From a virus, in the IMG/VR virus record IMGVR_UViG_3300043171_000105: a stretch of 44,730 nucleotides of DNA. One strand, written 5' to 3'. Below the pieces are notes generated by a model. The model made no database searches. It worked only from the letters and a program-made list of their open reading frames with translations, and was not told where the DNA came from. The position numbers and the translations under genes were made by a program. Below, in pieces: positions 17,344 through 27,664 of the stretch. Each line of letters opens with the position of its first letter. Within the stretch, counting starts at the first letter, position 1.

Positions 17344-20300
17344 CTACTCACGGCTAGGACCAAATAGTAACTCTCGGGTGGTGAACTCTTCACCATCTTC
17401 AATGACATCATATAAGTGCTCCCCGGTGGACCACATTTGATTGACTCCAGGGACACCGATACCCGCAGCAATCAGCTTGCTCACATTCTTAATCTGACCG
17501 AGGGTGATGTCTTCATCAGTCATAATGTTCTTAACCAGACCCTTGCCTGACGTGATGCCTCGCTCCATCATCGCAGCTACAGGGGTGGAATTGTAACCAA
17601 AGTCTGTGAATGCACCACTGGCAACATCCCTTACAAAAGGCACAGATGTCACAGGGTATAATGCTACCATTGTCAAAAAATTACTCATTCTCTCATCTTC
17701 ACCCTCTGGTTCATCCAGCTCACCGCGCATGAACATCTCAAGGAATACAGGTATGGTGAACAAGAACATCGCTTTAGCAGCTGCTGATGTTGGTGAATAC
17801 ACACCAGATTTAGTACCTCTTATCAGATCCCTTGTCAAATTACCCAATGAGCTGAAGAACGTCATAAACATGGTGAACGTGGTGTGTATTTTAGACTGAC
17901 TACGCATGATGCGTGCCATATCTTTAGTGGCACCAGAGCCTTGAGTATTTTCTAAAGTCACATCAGCAAAGTGAACAGCCTTAACTTCGTCACCATTCTC
18001 ACTCAGATGTTTATCATAAGCTGCGTGCCATGTGGGTAAGTCAACCATGTACACCTGAATCAATGCAATGTGCTTCATTGACACTTCTTGCACAGCTGCC
18101 AGTGGACCTGTCTTCTTACTTAATCTATTCATTGCATTTCGGATTTCACGATCCATTGTTTTAACACGATGCGGCAGAACCTTAGAACGCTCGTTTGCAA
18201 AATCCCAACCTGACTGCATATTTTCACGACTGCCGAGCAACTTGCGTATTGTTCTCATGTACCACGCATTACCAACAACAGCTTGTACACCCTTAACAGT
18301 CGGACCCACACCCAACTCAGCAGCAGTTGTGAATATGCCGAACAGCTGCATGATACCTGTTGTTGCTTTGAACCCCATTACACCGAGTGTGGTGCCAAAA
18401 CGTAACCGACCGAATGCTTCATCGATGTATGTCTTCACCGGTTGCTGTCTTCCATCCTTAGCAATGTCGTTCAACCAAGGTTTCAATTCTTTAAACTCAG
18501 CCTCACCCATGACAGCAGTGATCGCACTTGCGACATCAGGTGACTGTATAAGCCTGTTTACCTGGCGCACAGCATCATGGTGAGTGATGTAATGGATAGT
18601 CTCGTTGAAATGATCAGGTACAACCTCCATGCTGAGGTAGATTCGATCATAGAAACCAGTACGTTCATTAGTTGCACCGGTGTTCACCGATGACTGGATG
18701 CTGGCTGTGTTGTTGAACATCGATTCAGTCTCAGCTTCACGCTTCTCAGCGTTCTTCTCAGCCTTGTGACTGCGTTTCGGTGAGTATTTGACCGGATAGT
18801 AACCACCTTTGAATGTACCATGTTCAGTCACAACAGGGGTCGCTACAACCTTTGGTGGCACCAACCCAGTAGTACGACGGTGAACCTCAGCGAGTTGTGG
18901 GTATAGAGTATCCATTTGATCCCAAATCAACTGCACCAGCTCCCAGTCACTCTTCGTCATGTGTGCCAGCACAGCCTGTAACTTAGGATTGTCAATTGTG
19001 ATCTCAGCTTCATTCTCAGGGTCAGCCCAACCTTCACCGAGTAGTAACTTTTTCAAGTTACCCTGGTTACCAGTATTCAATGCAACTGCGAGAACCTGAT
19101 GACCTTGTAAAGTATCATCGATCTCAGGGATAAAGACCTTCGTGTTATGGCGTGCTGCATCTTCTTTGCTTCGATTATTGATAGCTTTGATTACTGGTGT
19201 AGCTACGTCATCAACCAGATTCATCTTAGCATCGAGCGCATCGGTAAACGGCTGAGTCAATATATCATGACTCATACCAACACGATCACCACCGTCGAGC
19301 CATGATGCAAGGAATGGGATCTTGGTGAGCTGTGATGCCCACCGTTGAATATGTTCAGACAGTGTTGCTTTGCGTGCGTCATCGATACGACTGCGACTTT
19401 CTTTAGTCTCGAAGCGTGCATCCTGTTCACTGATATGATCAATCCAGTTAGCCTTCAGCTTCTGGAACTCAATCTCTTCACCGGCTACTTTCAATTTATT
19501 CGCGTACCGGGCAACATGCTCGATGTTCTTCACTGAATCATTGACACCCTGTAAATCTGAGAATGGTATATTTTTCCAATGGGTCACATAGGATTCATTC
19601 AGCACAGCATTTGACAGCACCAGACCATCACCGTCGTTTTCCATGCGATCCTTCATCCACGTGTTGATGCTTTCAACTTCCTTTAGTGTAGCTACTTTTC
19701 TGAACTCAAAGCGACCGAGGATCTTAGTGATCTGATCCATGTAGCCGTTCTCAGCTTTCATTATTTCTTCACGTACTTTCTTCTTGTTGTACCGCGCCAT
19801 GCGATCAACAATTTTAGTGGTCTCGTTCTTTGCACTGGTTGCAGCCATGCCGAGGTAATAATTCATCACCTGACGCATCTTGGCCTCAGCCGCACCTTCT
19901 TTGTTACCCTCAGCCAACATGCGTGCAGATTCCTGCGCTGCTCTGATCTCAGCTTTACGGTACTTGCCTGGGTGGTTCTCACGGAACGATAAGCGACCGA
20001 TACGTTCTTCAGCCATTGCTTTAATTGTCGCACGATCAACAGTCGGTGCAGTTGTACCTTTAGCCAACATCTTCAATTCGTGCAGTATCAACTTACCACG
20101 TTCTTCATTCTGCACCGCTTCATCAGCTTCACGTTCAATGGTGCCATCGGTGAGGATATCACCGTGACGTTCAACCATACGAGCTTCAGCATTGACTTCA
20201 GCTTGAGCTTTGATAGTTGGAGCAGTGATCAGATCGATCAACATCTCTGAGCCTGATCCATAACCGAAGAAAGCAGCAGCTTCATCAGGGTGTACACCCC

Positions 20301-23300
20301 GCATACCTTTGGCTGTCATACCACGCAGTTCAGGGGGGACGATGACGGACTTGACATCACGCTTATCAATTTTCTCTTCACCCACCATCGCTTTGACAGC
20401 GGCATGGTCGATCTTGAATTCACCGTCGCGCAACTCAGTACGAGCTTTATAAATTTGCTCTTTACTCAGCGAGTCGAGTTCTTCATCGATGATGTCCTGC
20501 TTCTCTTCTTTCCACCACTTCTGAGTTTGGCGTGTCAGTTGTTTGATGATCTTATTGCGCAGAGTTTCAGACTGTACGTCTTTCACTTTCTCCTGACGCT
20601 TCTGATAATCAGCGAACTCATCTTCAGTCATACCTGCCATCGCAGCATTAGTGAACATCGGTTCAACTCGTGCGCGTGACTCAGCAGCCTGGATCTGTTC
20701 TTCAGTAGCAATCAGTCGGTCGAACACCTGACGCATCTCATCGTCAAGGTTCACGTCAAGCTGTTTACGCAGAGACTGGTAGATTCGTACAAGCCAGCGT
20801 GCGAATGCTCTGAACGCGTTACGCAACTCGATAGACGGTGCTTTACCTTCCATCAGATAAGTCTCGAAGCCACGTGCGAACTGCTCATGAACAGCACGAC
20901 GGATTGCTGCATCTTTGTCCTTGTTATCAGTGGTATTGTTGTCAAGGAATGTGATTACATCATCGGCGGTGATTTCAACTTTCTTCTTGTCAGTACGCTC
21001 ACCTTGTTTCAATACGTCAAACTCACCATCAACATAAGTCGTCGCCTCCTTCGCCACATCCTCAGCGTTACGCTTGTACCAGTTATTGATCGATTGGAGC
21101 ATCTCGGTATCACCGTTGACCTCCATCTCGTACATGAAGTGGGCGAACTCGTGCAGGAACGTACTCAGATCAGCAGCTTCAGTCAGACGGATGACACTGT
21201 TTGATGGGTCATAGTAGCCGCGTGCGACTTGTTCACCGTCGGTGCGTTGACGGAAGATGCTGGGGTCAGTGGGGTCGAATGTACCAATGTTTTCAACTGA
21301 TTTAATATTGGTCTTACCGCTGTCGAAAATATGAACGTGAGCAGTACCTGATTCAATGTTCATTGTTTCAAATCGAGTTTCTGCATTTCTCAGAATGATA
21401 GAATCAAAACCCATTTCTTCAATGACTTCAGCAATCAGCTGTGATTGAATTAACTCTCCAGTTTCAGGGTCATCTGCATACTGGTAGTCTTCACTTTCAC
21501 GTAGAAGATTTTCGATGGTCTCAGGCGTAGCTTCACCACCAAGCTCAAATACCTGACCAGAAAGGTTAGCAGCATCAACATCGTGACGATTTGAAATAGT
21601 TTGAATCGCTTCAATTAATTCATTAGGAGTTTCAGCTTCAATATCCCATCGAGCTTCATCAATATCAACTTGATAGCTATCAATGTTTTCATTAACTTCT
21701 TCAATAGTGACATCGTTGTTATCAGCAACCTGTTCAATAGCATTATTCTGAATTTCTTCATTGTCAACAAACTCAATCCATTCAGCGTTCTCCCCGATGA
21801 CAAACGGGTTGTCAACACGCACGAACAGTTCCATTGTTTGCTCTTCGCCACCTGACAGTTCTTGACGCACTACGTTTCTAGCAAATTCCATTGTATCTTC
21901 ATCATAGAATTCTTCACCGAAACGATCTTTAGCTGCATCGATACCTTCTTCATCAATGACATCCTGAATATCATCAACAACCTGTTCAGCACGTTGTTCA
22001 ATACGGTTTGTTAAATCTGGACCTTCACCTGCGTAATTATCAGAAGCATCACTCTCAGAACTAGTGAAGTAATTGATAGCACCAAACTGACCTTCAAGAT
22101 TTCCGCGTAACGCATCGAACACATCGAAATCATGAGTCGTACCGTGAAATACTTTGACTACCACTGGTGTATCAGCTTTGAACACGTGATCATTAATATC
22201 TTCAGGTTCTATTACTTCACCATCGCCAGACCATTTTTTGAACTCTTCTGTTTCAGTCGATACAATTTCAACAGGTGCCTGAGCAAACACCAAATCTTCT
22301 TCCAACTTAGTAACAGTCGCACCTTCAAACGCGATGATCCAGTTCAACCCTTCAACCAGTACACCGTCATGACCTAACTCCATCAGAGCTTCACGACGCT
22401 GCATAACCTCTTCAGCAGTGAGATCACCCAGCACATCAGCGAACACCTCAGCGTCAATGACAAGCGGGTTCTCAAGGGTGATTTCATGCACACTTAACTC
22501 GTTGCCGTAACGCTCAGCATTGCCGACATCATCGAATGAGAGATAGTGACCCAGGTTACCGGCTGGTGTTGTGGTGTTCTGACCTAGAAGACTGTCATCA
22601 AACTGAGTAAAGTCTTTAGGGGATCGGTGGGTGACTGTTACTGTTTCGCCTGCTTTTGCCCGGTTGAACTCGGATAGAGCTGCTGCGTCATCTCTGATTT
22701 TCGTTTCTGTGATAAGGTCTTGCCGGGCTTGCTGCTGGTCAACTTCTTCACGTCGTCTTGTAATTTGCTCATCTGTTATTACTCCGGGTTGTGCGAACGG
22801 TCTACGCCCTGCAAATTCAGCATTAACCATTCGACCGATTGATTGTTTTAATCCTGGCGATACTTCAAAATTTTCAATTTCTTCTGATAATGCGACACTG
22901 ATGGCTTGACTTGGAAAATCAAAACCTAACCAATTATCACGATCAAGCGCGTTAATGAACTTACGATAATCTGGACCAAATTCATCAGCAGCTTCTAATA
23001 CTTCATTAACTTCAGCATCTTCAGGTAACACATCGAGAAATTTGTCACGAGCAGATTCAAATATCTCAGGTGCATCTTTGTACGCAGGCTGCTCCAACAC
23101 CATCTCACCTTCAAGTCGCGCACGCTCACCGGTGAGTGGACCTTCAATAGTCAAACCTGAATCTTGATAAACCTGCTGCACAGTCTTACCTTGGCGGCGT
23201 GCCTGAGCTGTTGCCCACGCTGGGACGATCTGCGCCATTGTTGATGCATTAGCCGCGTTCACTTGACCTGAGTCGATCAGCTGATCACGAACCTGATCAT

Positions 23301-25011
23301 AGATCTCTTGAGCTTCAACGTACTCGCTGGTGTTCTCCTGAGCTTCCTCCATCAAACCCTTGATGTAATTGTCAGTCTCATGCTGCACCTGCTCCTGGCG
23401 GAACGGTGAAGTGGTCTGATCACTCATTGTCATGCTGTCACGCAACTCGGTGAAGTGGTCAGTACCTGCAATGTCAGCAGCAAAATCAGCAACAGGCACC
23501 TGGACATCAACACCCAGCGCAGCAGCTTCACGCGCCTGTTCTGACAGCAGCTTCAACGCAGGGTCAGCTTCAATCTCTTCAATGGTCTTGCTCTGAAGGT
23601 ACAATGATGTCTGAACACCATCAATGAACACGTGAGTATTATTCTCACCGTCAGCTTCACCGACGAATTGTCTAAATGATTCTTTGTCGCGTTCACGGAG
23701 TTTTGAGTCACTGACATTCTCATTAAGAGTGTCGATCTTCAACTGCTCATTCTCAGACAACTTATCACGCTGCCGTGTTTCTGCGATGACACTGGCGGTT
23801 GTACCAACACCCGCGAATATCAATGATGCTTGAGCACCTTTCTTACCAGCTTCAAGTACACGTTCACCAGTTTCTTCACTGAATATAGTATCCAGTGCAG
23901 ATGATAAATCCTGTTCAGTGAATGACTCTTCATCGATGTACTTAGCCAGTTCACCACCGATGACATTCGTGAATTCCTGTGCACTCTCGGTGACAGCTTC
24001 AGTAGCCACTGCGATGCCGTAGTCTTTCATCAAGCGAGTGATCATCGCGCGACCAGTCTCAGTACCCAGTGCTCTCTTCACTTTACTCTTAATCACAGCA
24101 CGCATACCAGGTGTAACGGTACGACCCAACGCAGCTAATGATATGAACTCTAACCCTGCGTTAATTCCACCGACTAGCGTAGCTGCACCACCTGCAACCC
24201 GTGGTGATACATAATTACCTTGTTCATCTTGTAATACAATAAACTCATTGAATGCCAGACCAGCTTCTAAGTCGAAAGCAGCTTTAGCAACACCAACGCG
24301 ACCTGATATTTTCGCAGCAGGTACACCGAGCGCAATTGCACCAGGTACAGCACCAACGCCGCCGAATAACACACCCCCAGCAGCACCAGTAGCACCGGCG
24401 ACAACACCACCTGCTGCTGCATAACCCAAACCGGTACGCAGTATCTCAAACATAATCGGCAACTGTTCTGCTGCTGCAACTGGCGCACCAACGAAGAATC
24501 CATATTCATCTGCGCCTTGTTTGGTTAGATCTTCAATTTCTTTTAATCGTGCGATCTGCTCATCAGTGACAACCTCATTTGCACCGAGCGACTGATACAT
24601 CCTACTTAGGCCGATCTCTGACGACTCGACCATGAGTTGCCCTTTCTCGAATGACTCTGCTATATCAACCCCGTATTCACTTACAGTTTTTAACCCATCT
24701 TCAATTAGCTGCATGACACCAATATCATCCTGGGCAACAACAGCATTGTCGAAGTTACTGAGGTATTTAGATGTAGCGGGGCTGTTGGTTGTTATGTCAT
24801 TGAAATCAATACTGTCAAGGTTGAATTTGTGTTCAACGCTCTCATCGACTGCGAACGGGGGTACATCAGTGTCAATCGACAACTGCTGAGTTTTAGCATG
24901 TTCATCAGGATTGATCTTCAGTGCTTCACTAAAATTCGATTCTAACAGGTTATTCTCATCAACCTGTTGTTCAACTTCACCGAACTGAACCTTACTCAAA
25001 TCAAAGGTCAT
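17344..25011 (-). CDS. Giant internal virion / ejection protein (T7 gp16 position) of polyvalent type
   Basis: 2555-aa uninterrupted ORF between the gp15-like and fibre genes. HEFAH zincin motif, two HxS/T...Y...E modules, Gly-rich and C-terminal hydrophobic segments. Confidence 0.9.
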   Translation of the reverse strand: MTFDLSKVQFGEVEQQVDENNLLESNFSEALKINPDEHAKTQQLSIDTDVPPFAVDESVEHKFNLDSIDFNDITTNSPATSKYLSNFDNAVVAQDDIGVMQLIEDGLKTVSEYGVDIAESFEKGQLMVESSEIGLSRMYQSLGANEVVTDEQIARLKEIEDLTKQGADEYGFFVGAPVAAAEQLPIMFEILRTGLGYAAAGGVVAGATGAAGGVLFGGVGAVPGAIALGVPAAKISGRVGVAKAAFDLEAGLAFNEFIVLQDEQGNYVSPRVAGGAATLVGGINAGLEFISLAALGRTVTPGMRAVIKSKVKRALGTETGRAMITRLMKDYGIAVATEAVTESAQEFTNVIGGELAKYIDEESFTEQDLSSALDTIFSEETGERVLEAGKKGAQASLIFAGVGTTASVIAETRQRDKLSENEQLKIDTLNENVSDSKLRERDKESFRQFVGEADGENNTHVFIDGVQTSLYLQSKTIEEIEADPALKLLSEQAREAAALGVDVQVPVADFAADIAGTDHFTELRDSMTMSDQTTSPFRQEQVQHETDNYIKGLMEEAQENTSEYVEAQEIYDQVRDQLIDSGQVNAANASTMAQIVPAWATAQARRQGKTVQQVYQDSGLTIEGPLTGERARLEGEMVLEQPAYKDAPEIFESARDKFLDVLPEDAEVNEVLEAADEFGPDYRKFINALDRDNWLGFDFPSQAISVALSEEIENFEVSPGLKQSIGRMVNAEFAGRRPFAQPGVITDEQITRRREEVDQQQARQDLITETKIRDDAAALSEFNRAKAGETVTVTHRSPKDFTQFDDSLLGQNTTTPAGNLGHYLSFDDVGNAERYGNELSVHEITLENPLVIDAEVFADVLGDLTAEEVMQRREALMELGHDGVLVEGLNWIIAFEGATVTKLEEDLVFAQAPVEIVSTETEEFKKWSGDGEVIEPEDINDHVFKADTPVVVKVFHGTTHDFDVFDALRGNLEGQFGAINYFTSSESDASDNYAGEGPDLTNRIEQRAEQVVDDIQDVIDEEGIDAAKDRFGEEFYDEDTMEFARNVVRQELSGGEEQTMELFVRVDNPFVIGENAEWIEFVDNEEIQNNAIEQVADNNDVTIEEVNENIDSYQVDIDEARWDIEAETPNELIEAIQTISNRHDVDAANLSGQVFELGGEATPETIENLLRESEDYQYADDPETGELIQSQLIAEVIEEMGFDSIILRNAETRFETMNIESGTAHVHIFDSGKTNIKSVENIGTFDPTDPSIFRQRTDGEQVARGYYDPSNSVIRLTEAADLSTFLHEFAHFMYEMEVNGDTEMLQSINNWYKRNAEDVAKEATTYVDGEFDVLKQGERTDKKKVEITADDVITFLDNNTTDNKDKDAAIRRAVHEQFARGFETYLMEGKAPSIELRNAFRAFARWLVRIYQSLRKQLDVNLDDEMRQVFDRLIATEEQIQAAESRARVEPMFTNAAMAGMTEDEFADYQKRQEKVKDVQSETLRNKIIKQLTRQTQKWWKEEKQDIIDEELDSLSKEQIYKARTELRDGEFKIDHAAVKAMVGEEKIDKRDVKSVIVPPELRGMTAKGMRGVHPDEAAAFFGYGSGSEMLIDLITAPTIKAQAEVNAEARMVERHGDILTDGTIEREADEAVQNEERGKLILHELKMLAKGTTAPTVDRATIKAMAEERIGRLSFRENHPGKYRKAEIRAAQESARMLAEGNKEGAAEAKMRQVMNYYLGMAATSAKNETTKIVDRMARYNKKKVREEIMKAENGYMDQITKILGRFEFRKVATLKEVESINTWMKDRMENDGDGLVLSNAVLNESYVTHWKNIPFSDLQGVNDSVKNIEHVARYANKLKVAGEEIEFQKLKANWIDHISEQDARFETKESRSRIDDARKATLSEHIQRWASQLTKIPFLASWLDGGDRVGMSHDILTQPFTDALDAKMNLVDDVATPVIKAINNRSKEDAARHNTKVFIPEIDDTLQGHQVLAVALNTGNQGNLKKLLLGEGWADPENEAEITIDNPKLQAVLAHMTKSDWELVQLIWDQMDTLYPQLAEVHRRTTGLVPPKVVATPVVTEHGTFKGGYYPVKYSPKRSHKAEKNAEKREAETESMFNNTASIQSSVNTGATNERTGFYDRIYLSMEVVPDHFNETIHYITHHDAVRQVNRLIQSPDVASAITAVMGEAEFKELKPWLNDIAKDGRQQPVKTYIDEAFGRLRFGTTLGVMGFKATTGIMQLFGIFTTAAELGVGPTVKGVQAVVGNAWYMRTIRKLLGSRENMQSGWDFANERSKVLPHRVKTMDREIRNAMNRLSKKTGPLAAVQEVSMKHIALIQVYMVDLPTWHAAYDKHLSENGDEVKAVHFADVTLENTQGSGATKDMARIMRSQSKIHTTFTMFMTFFSSLGNLTRDLIRGTKSGVYSPTSAAAKAMFLFTIPVFLEMFMRGELDEPEGEDERMSNFLTMVALYPVTSVPFVRDVASGAFTDFGYNSTPVAAMMERGITSGKGLVKNIMTDEDITLGQIKNVSKLIAAGIGVPGVNQMWSTGEHLYDVIEDGEEFTTRELLFGPSRE

Positions 25012-26666
25012 TATTTTGTCGCCTGTCTGTATGTACTCAGAATAGTGTCAATTGTCACAGGTTGATCACTTAATTTCAATAAATCCTTGACTTGAGTAAA
25101 CGACTCTTCACCATGTGCATCAACAAATTTACTCAACTCAGCAACCTGTTCAGGGCGTGCAGTCTTCAGATCAATATCAACGTCAGGCATGAGGTAATCA
25201 AACCCACCTAGTGAACGCTCAATTACGAATCTGCGACTATAATCAGCCAACAGTTCATCGATTTCACTGGGTGCAAGTTTACCACCCTTAATCTCTTCAG
25301 CATCTTCAATCGCACCCTGTACTGTGGTCATAAGCGTTTGTACTTGTGCTGATTTTGCCTTGTTACCTTTCCATGTTTTCTTCTTGCCGAAGAACTGTTC
25401 AGCAATCAAAGTGACCTTGTTGGCAGGGGTCTGTACCGATGTGACACTCTGACCCCTCTTTGCCTTGTCCACTGCCGACCGTAACTTAGATAAGTCAGCA
25501 GGTTTGAGCACATGAGTCCATTCAGCAGGGTTGACCTGCATCAATTGTTTACGTGGAAGACTTAGTAACTCATTGAATTTAATCTGATCGGTGGTCATGT
25601 GTTTACCAGCCAACAGATTGTTACGCTGCTGTGATGACATACCTTCCCATGCTTCAGCATTATTAGCTTTGAATGATTCAGTAGTACCACCACCGTTAAA
25701 ATGCTCTATACCCTGATCGTAAAACTCAGCTTCAATTTCTTTCTCAGCTTGAGTTTTACGGGTGTACTGTGTCATCGCTTCAGACATTGTTTTCTTACGC
25801 AGGTCAAGATCTTCAATCTTGTTGACTTCTTCAATGATGTCAGCTTTATTCTCATGCTGACCCACCAGCTTGCCAGCGGTGAGAGTCGCAGCACGAGCGT
25901 CAGATTCAGTCTTCTCAATCTTCGCTTTCTTCTCGACTAACCCTTCCAGCTTCACTTTGTCCGGGCCTTCTAATCGTTCACCGTAGGATTCCAGTGCCTG
26001 CTTACCCTCAGCAGCACTACTTTGTGTAGCAGCCTCGACAGTGGATTTAGCGAACGATGATTCAAATGTTTGCAGCTTCTCAGCTTTAGCTTCAGGACTG
26101 TCGCCCATCAAGTCAGACGCATCGATAATAGCCTGACGACCGAGTACATTCTGCACTTTTAATCGATCAGGTTCATTCCAGTATAGTGATGCGTTTTCAA
26201 TTGAGTTCTCAACCTGTGCCTCAATGGTGGACACTTCCCAGGCTTTGAGACCTTTGGCAGAATGTCTGCTGATGTCAACCTGACCACGCGTGATATGAGC
26301 GTCAGCAGCGCGGTCGAACATCTGTTTAGCTTGAACACCAAGGGTTTCCCCGTATTTCATCTTCAGATCATCCAGAGCCTTTGTAGCGGCTGCTGAATTA
26401 TCATAAGCATCACGACCTTGAGAGTTAAAGTACCCACTGTCAGGGTTGAAGAACATATCATTTTTATCACGCTCAAAATTAACGACAGCTTCTTCAGCTG
26501 AGGTGGTGTCAACACGCTGTTTGAGCTGTAAACCTGATCGAACCACGTCGGTCAGCCCTTTAGCAATAGCACCACCGAACGCACCTGGTGGAGCATCTTG
26601 AGCAGTCGGCTGTGATACTACTTGAGTCTGTACTTGTTCAGGTTGGTACGTTGCTATTTTTGGCAT
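25011..26666 (-). CDS. Internal virion protein (gp15 position)
   Basis: 551 aa, Ala/Lys/Glu-rich and helical. Assigned by synteny. Confidence 0.65.
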   Translation of the reverse strand: MPKIATYQPEQVQTQVVSQPTAQDAPPGAFGGAIAKGLTDVVRSGLQLKQRVDTTSAEEAVVNFERDKNDMFFNPDSGYFNSQGRDAYDNSAAATKALDDLKMKYGETLGVQAKQMFDRAADAHITRGQVDISRHSAKGLKAWEVSTIEAQVENSIENASLYWNEPDRLKVQNVLGRQAIIDASDLMGDSPEAKAEKLQTFESSFAKSTVEAATQSSAAEGKQALESYGERLEGPDKVKLEGLVEKKAKIEKTESDARAATLTAGKLVGQHENKADIIEEVNKIEDLDLRKKTMSEAMTQYTRKTQAEKEIEAEFYDQGIEHFNGGGTTESFKANNAEAWEGMSSQQRNNLLAGKHMTTDQIKFNELLSLPRKQLMQVNPAEWTHVLKPADLSKLRSAVDKAKRGQSVTSVQTPANKVTLIAEQFFGKKKTWKGNKAKSAQVQTLMTTVQGAIEDAEEIKGGKLAPSEIDELLADYSRRFVIERSLGGFDYLMPDVDIDLKTARPEQVAELSKFVDAHGEESFTQVKDLLKLSDQPVTIDTILSTYRQATK

Positions 26667-26669
26667 GGT

Positions 26670-27194
26670 TTATAGACTCAGTGGTGCTGGGTTTTTCGTT
26701 ATACCTGCGCTATTCGGTGTAAACCATTTATCAGCCACACCTGTGTCTAATACATCAGCAGTGCCACCGAGTATTGTACCAAACGCTTGCTGTTGACCAG
26801 CTGATTCAGCGAATGCACCTTGCTGACGGGTCAAACCTGCACCAGTCTGCAATGATTCAACCTGTAATTGAGTATTACTGCGAATACGCAGTGCGTCAGC
26901 TTCACCGAGTGTGAGTGTATCTTCCTGCAATTGTAGAGCTGAACCTGACTCTAACTCAACCCCGGCAGCACCTAGCTGTGCTCTCTGTTTAGACAACAAC
27001 TCAGCGGTTTTACGGCGTTGGATATTCTCAGCTTCAGTACCAGCGCGTCGTGTTTCCTGAGCTTGATTCTCAGCTACACGGGCATTATATTCGGCAGTAC
27101 CTTTTCTGAATTTACCTTGAGCACGCTGACCTTGATATGCCATAGCTGTTGACGCTACAGTCATGACAGCCATTATTGTTGTTGGTTCACACAT
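26670..27194 (-). CDS. Internal virion protein (gp14 position)
   Basis: 174 aa. N-terminal hydrophobic helix followed by a Gln/Ala-rich coiled region. Assigned by synteny. Confidence 0.6.
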   Translation of the reverse strand: MCEPTTIMAVMTVASTAMAYQGQRAQGKFRKGTAEYNARVAENQAQETRRAGTEAENIQRRKTAELLSKQRAQLGAAGVELESGSALQLQEDTLTLGEADALRIRSNTQLQVESLQTGAGLTRQQGAFAESAGQQQAFGTILGGTADVLDTGVADKWFTPNSAGITKNPAPLSL

Positions 27195-27664
27195 CAGTCG
27201 GATCTCTCAAGATAGAATTTATGGAACAACTCACCCTCGCACCCGTACTCAACAGGGTCACCAAGTGTGAATCCGATCCGTTTAAGCCATTTGATGCTGA
27301 CCTTATTCTCAGTGTGTACATAGTTGAACAACCTCGGACATACAGTCAGCATTTCGTTAATTATTTCAGGAACCTGTATTAAAAAATGACGCTTGTATTT
27401 CAAGGCACCATCAGTGCCAAGCAACCACGGAACCCCTGTACCCGTTAATATATCACGAATTACCAGCCCTAGCACTACACACGGCACATCGTTCACGACA
27501 ACGACAACTGTGTAATCTGATATCTCACACCCATCTAACAGCGCACTAAGTGGTGTGAGATGACCTGAAGCCCATATCTCATCAACATCAGCCTGGCGCA
27601 TATCAGCTGCAACAGCTTCGATAAGCTCACGAGTGGGCTTGAGAAATTTAACTCCCGCCGACAT
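27194..27664 (-). CDS. gp13-position protein, possibly acetyltransferase-fold (T7 gp13/DUF2833-like)
   Basis: 156 aa. Synteny plus a general resemblance recalled from memory; the function call is weak. Confidence 0.45.
   Translation of the reverse strand: MSAGVKFLKPTRELIEAVAADMRQADVDEIWASGHLTPLSALLDGCEISDYTVVVVVNDVPCVVLGLVIRDILTGTGVPWLLGTDGALKYKRHFLIQVPEIINEMLTVCPRLFNYVHTENKVSIKWLKRIGFTLGDPVEYGCEGELFHKFYLERSD

Noticed and set aside
17344-25011. The giant ORF as an N4-like virion RNA polymerase
   Set aside because: I could not find single-subunit RNAP motifs. The gene sits in the gp16 position, carries ART-like, zincin and TM features instead, and the promoters found are sigma70-type.
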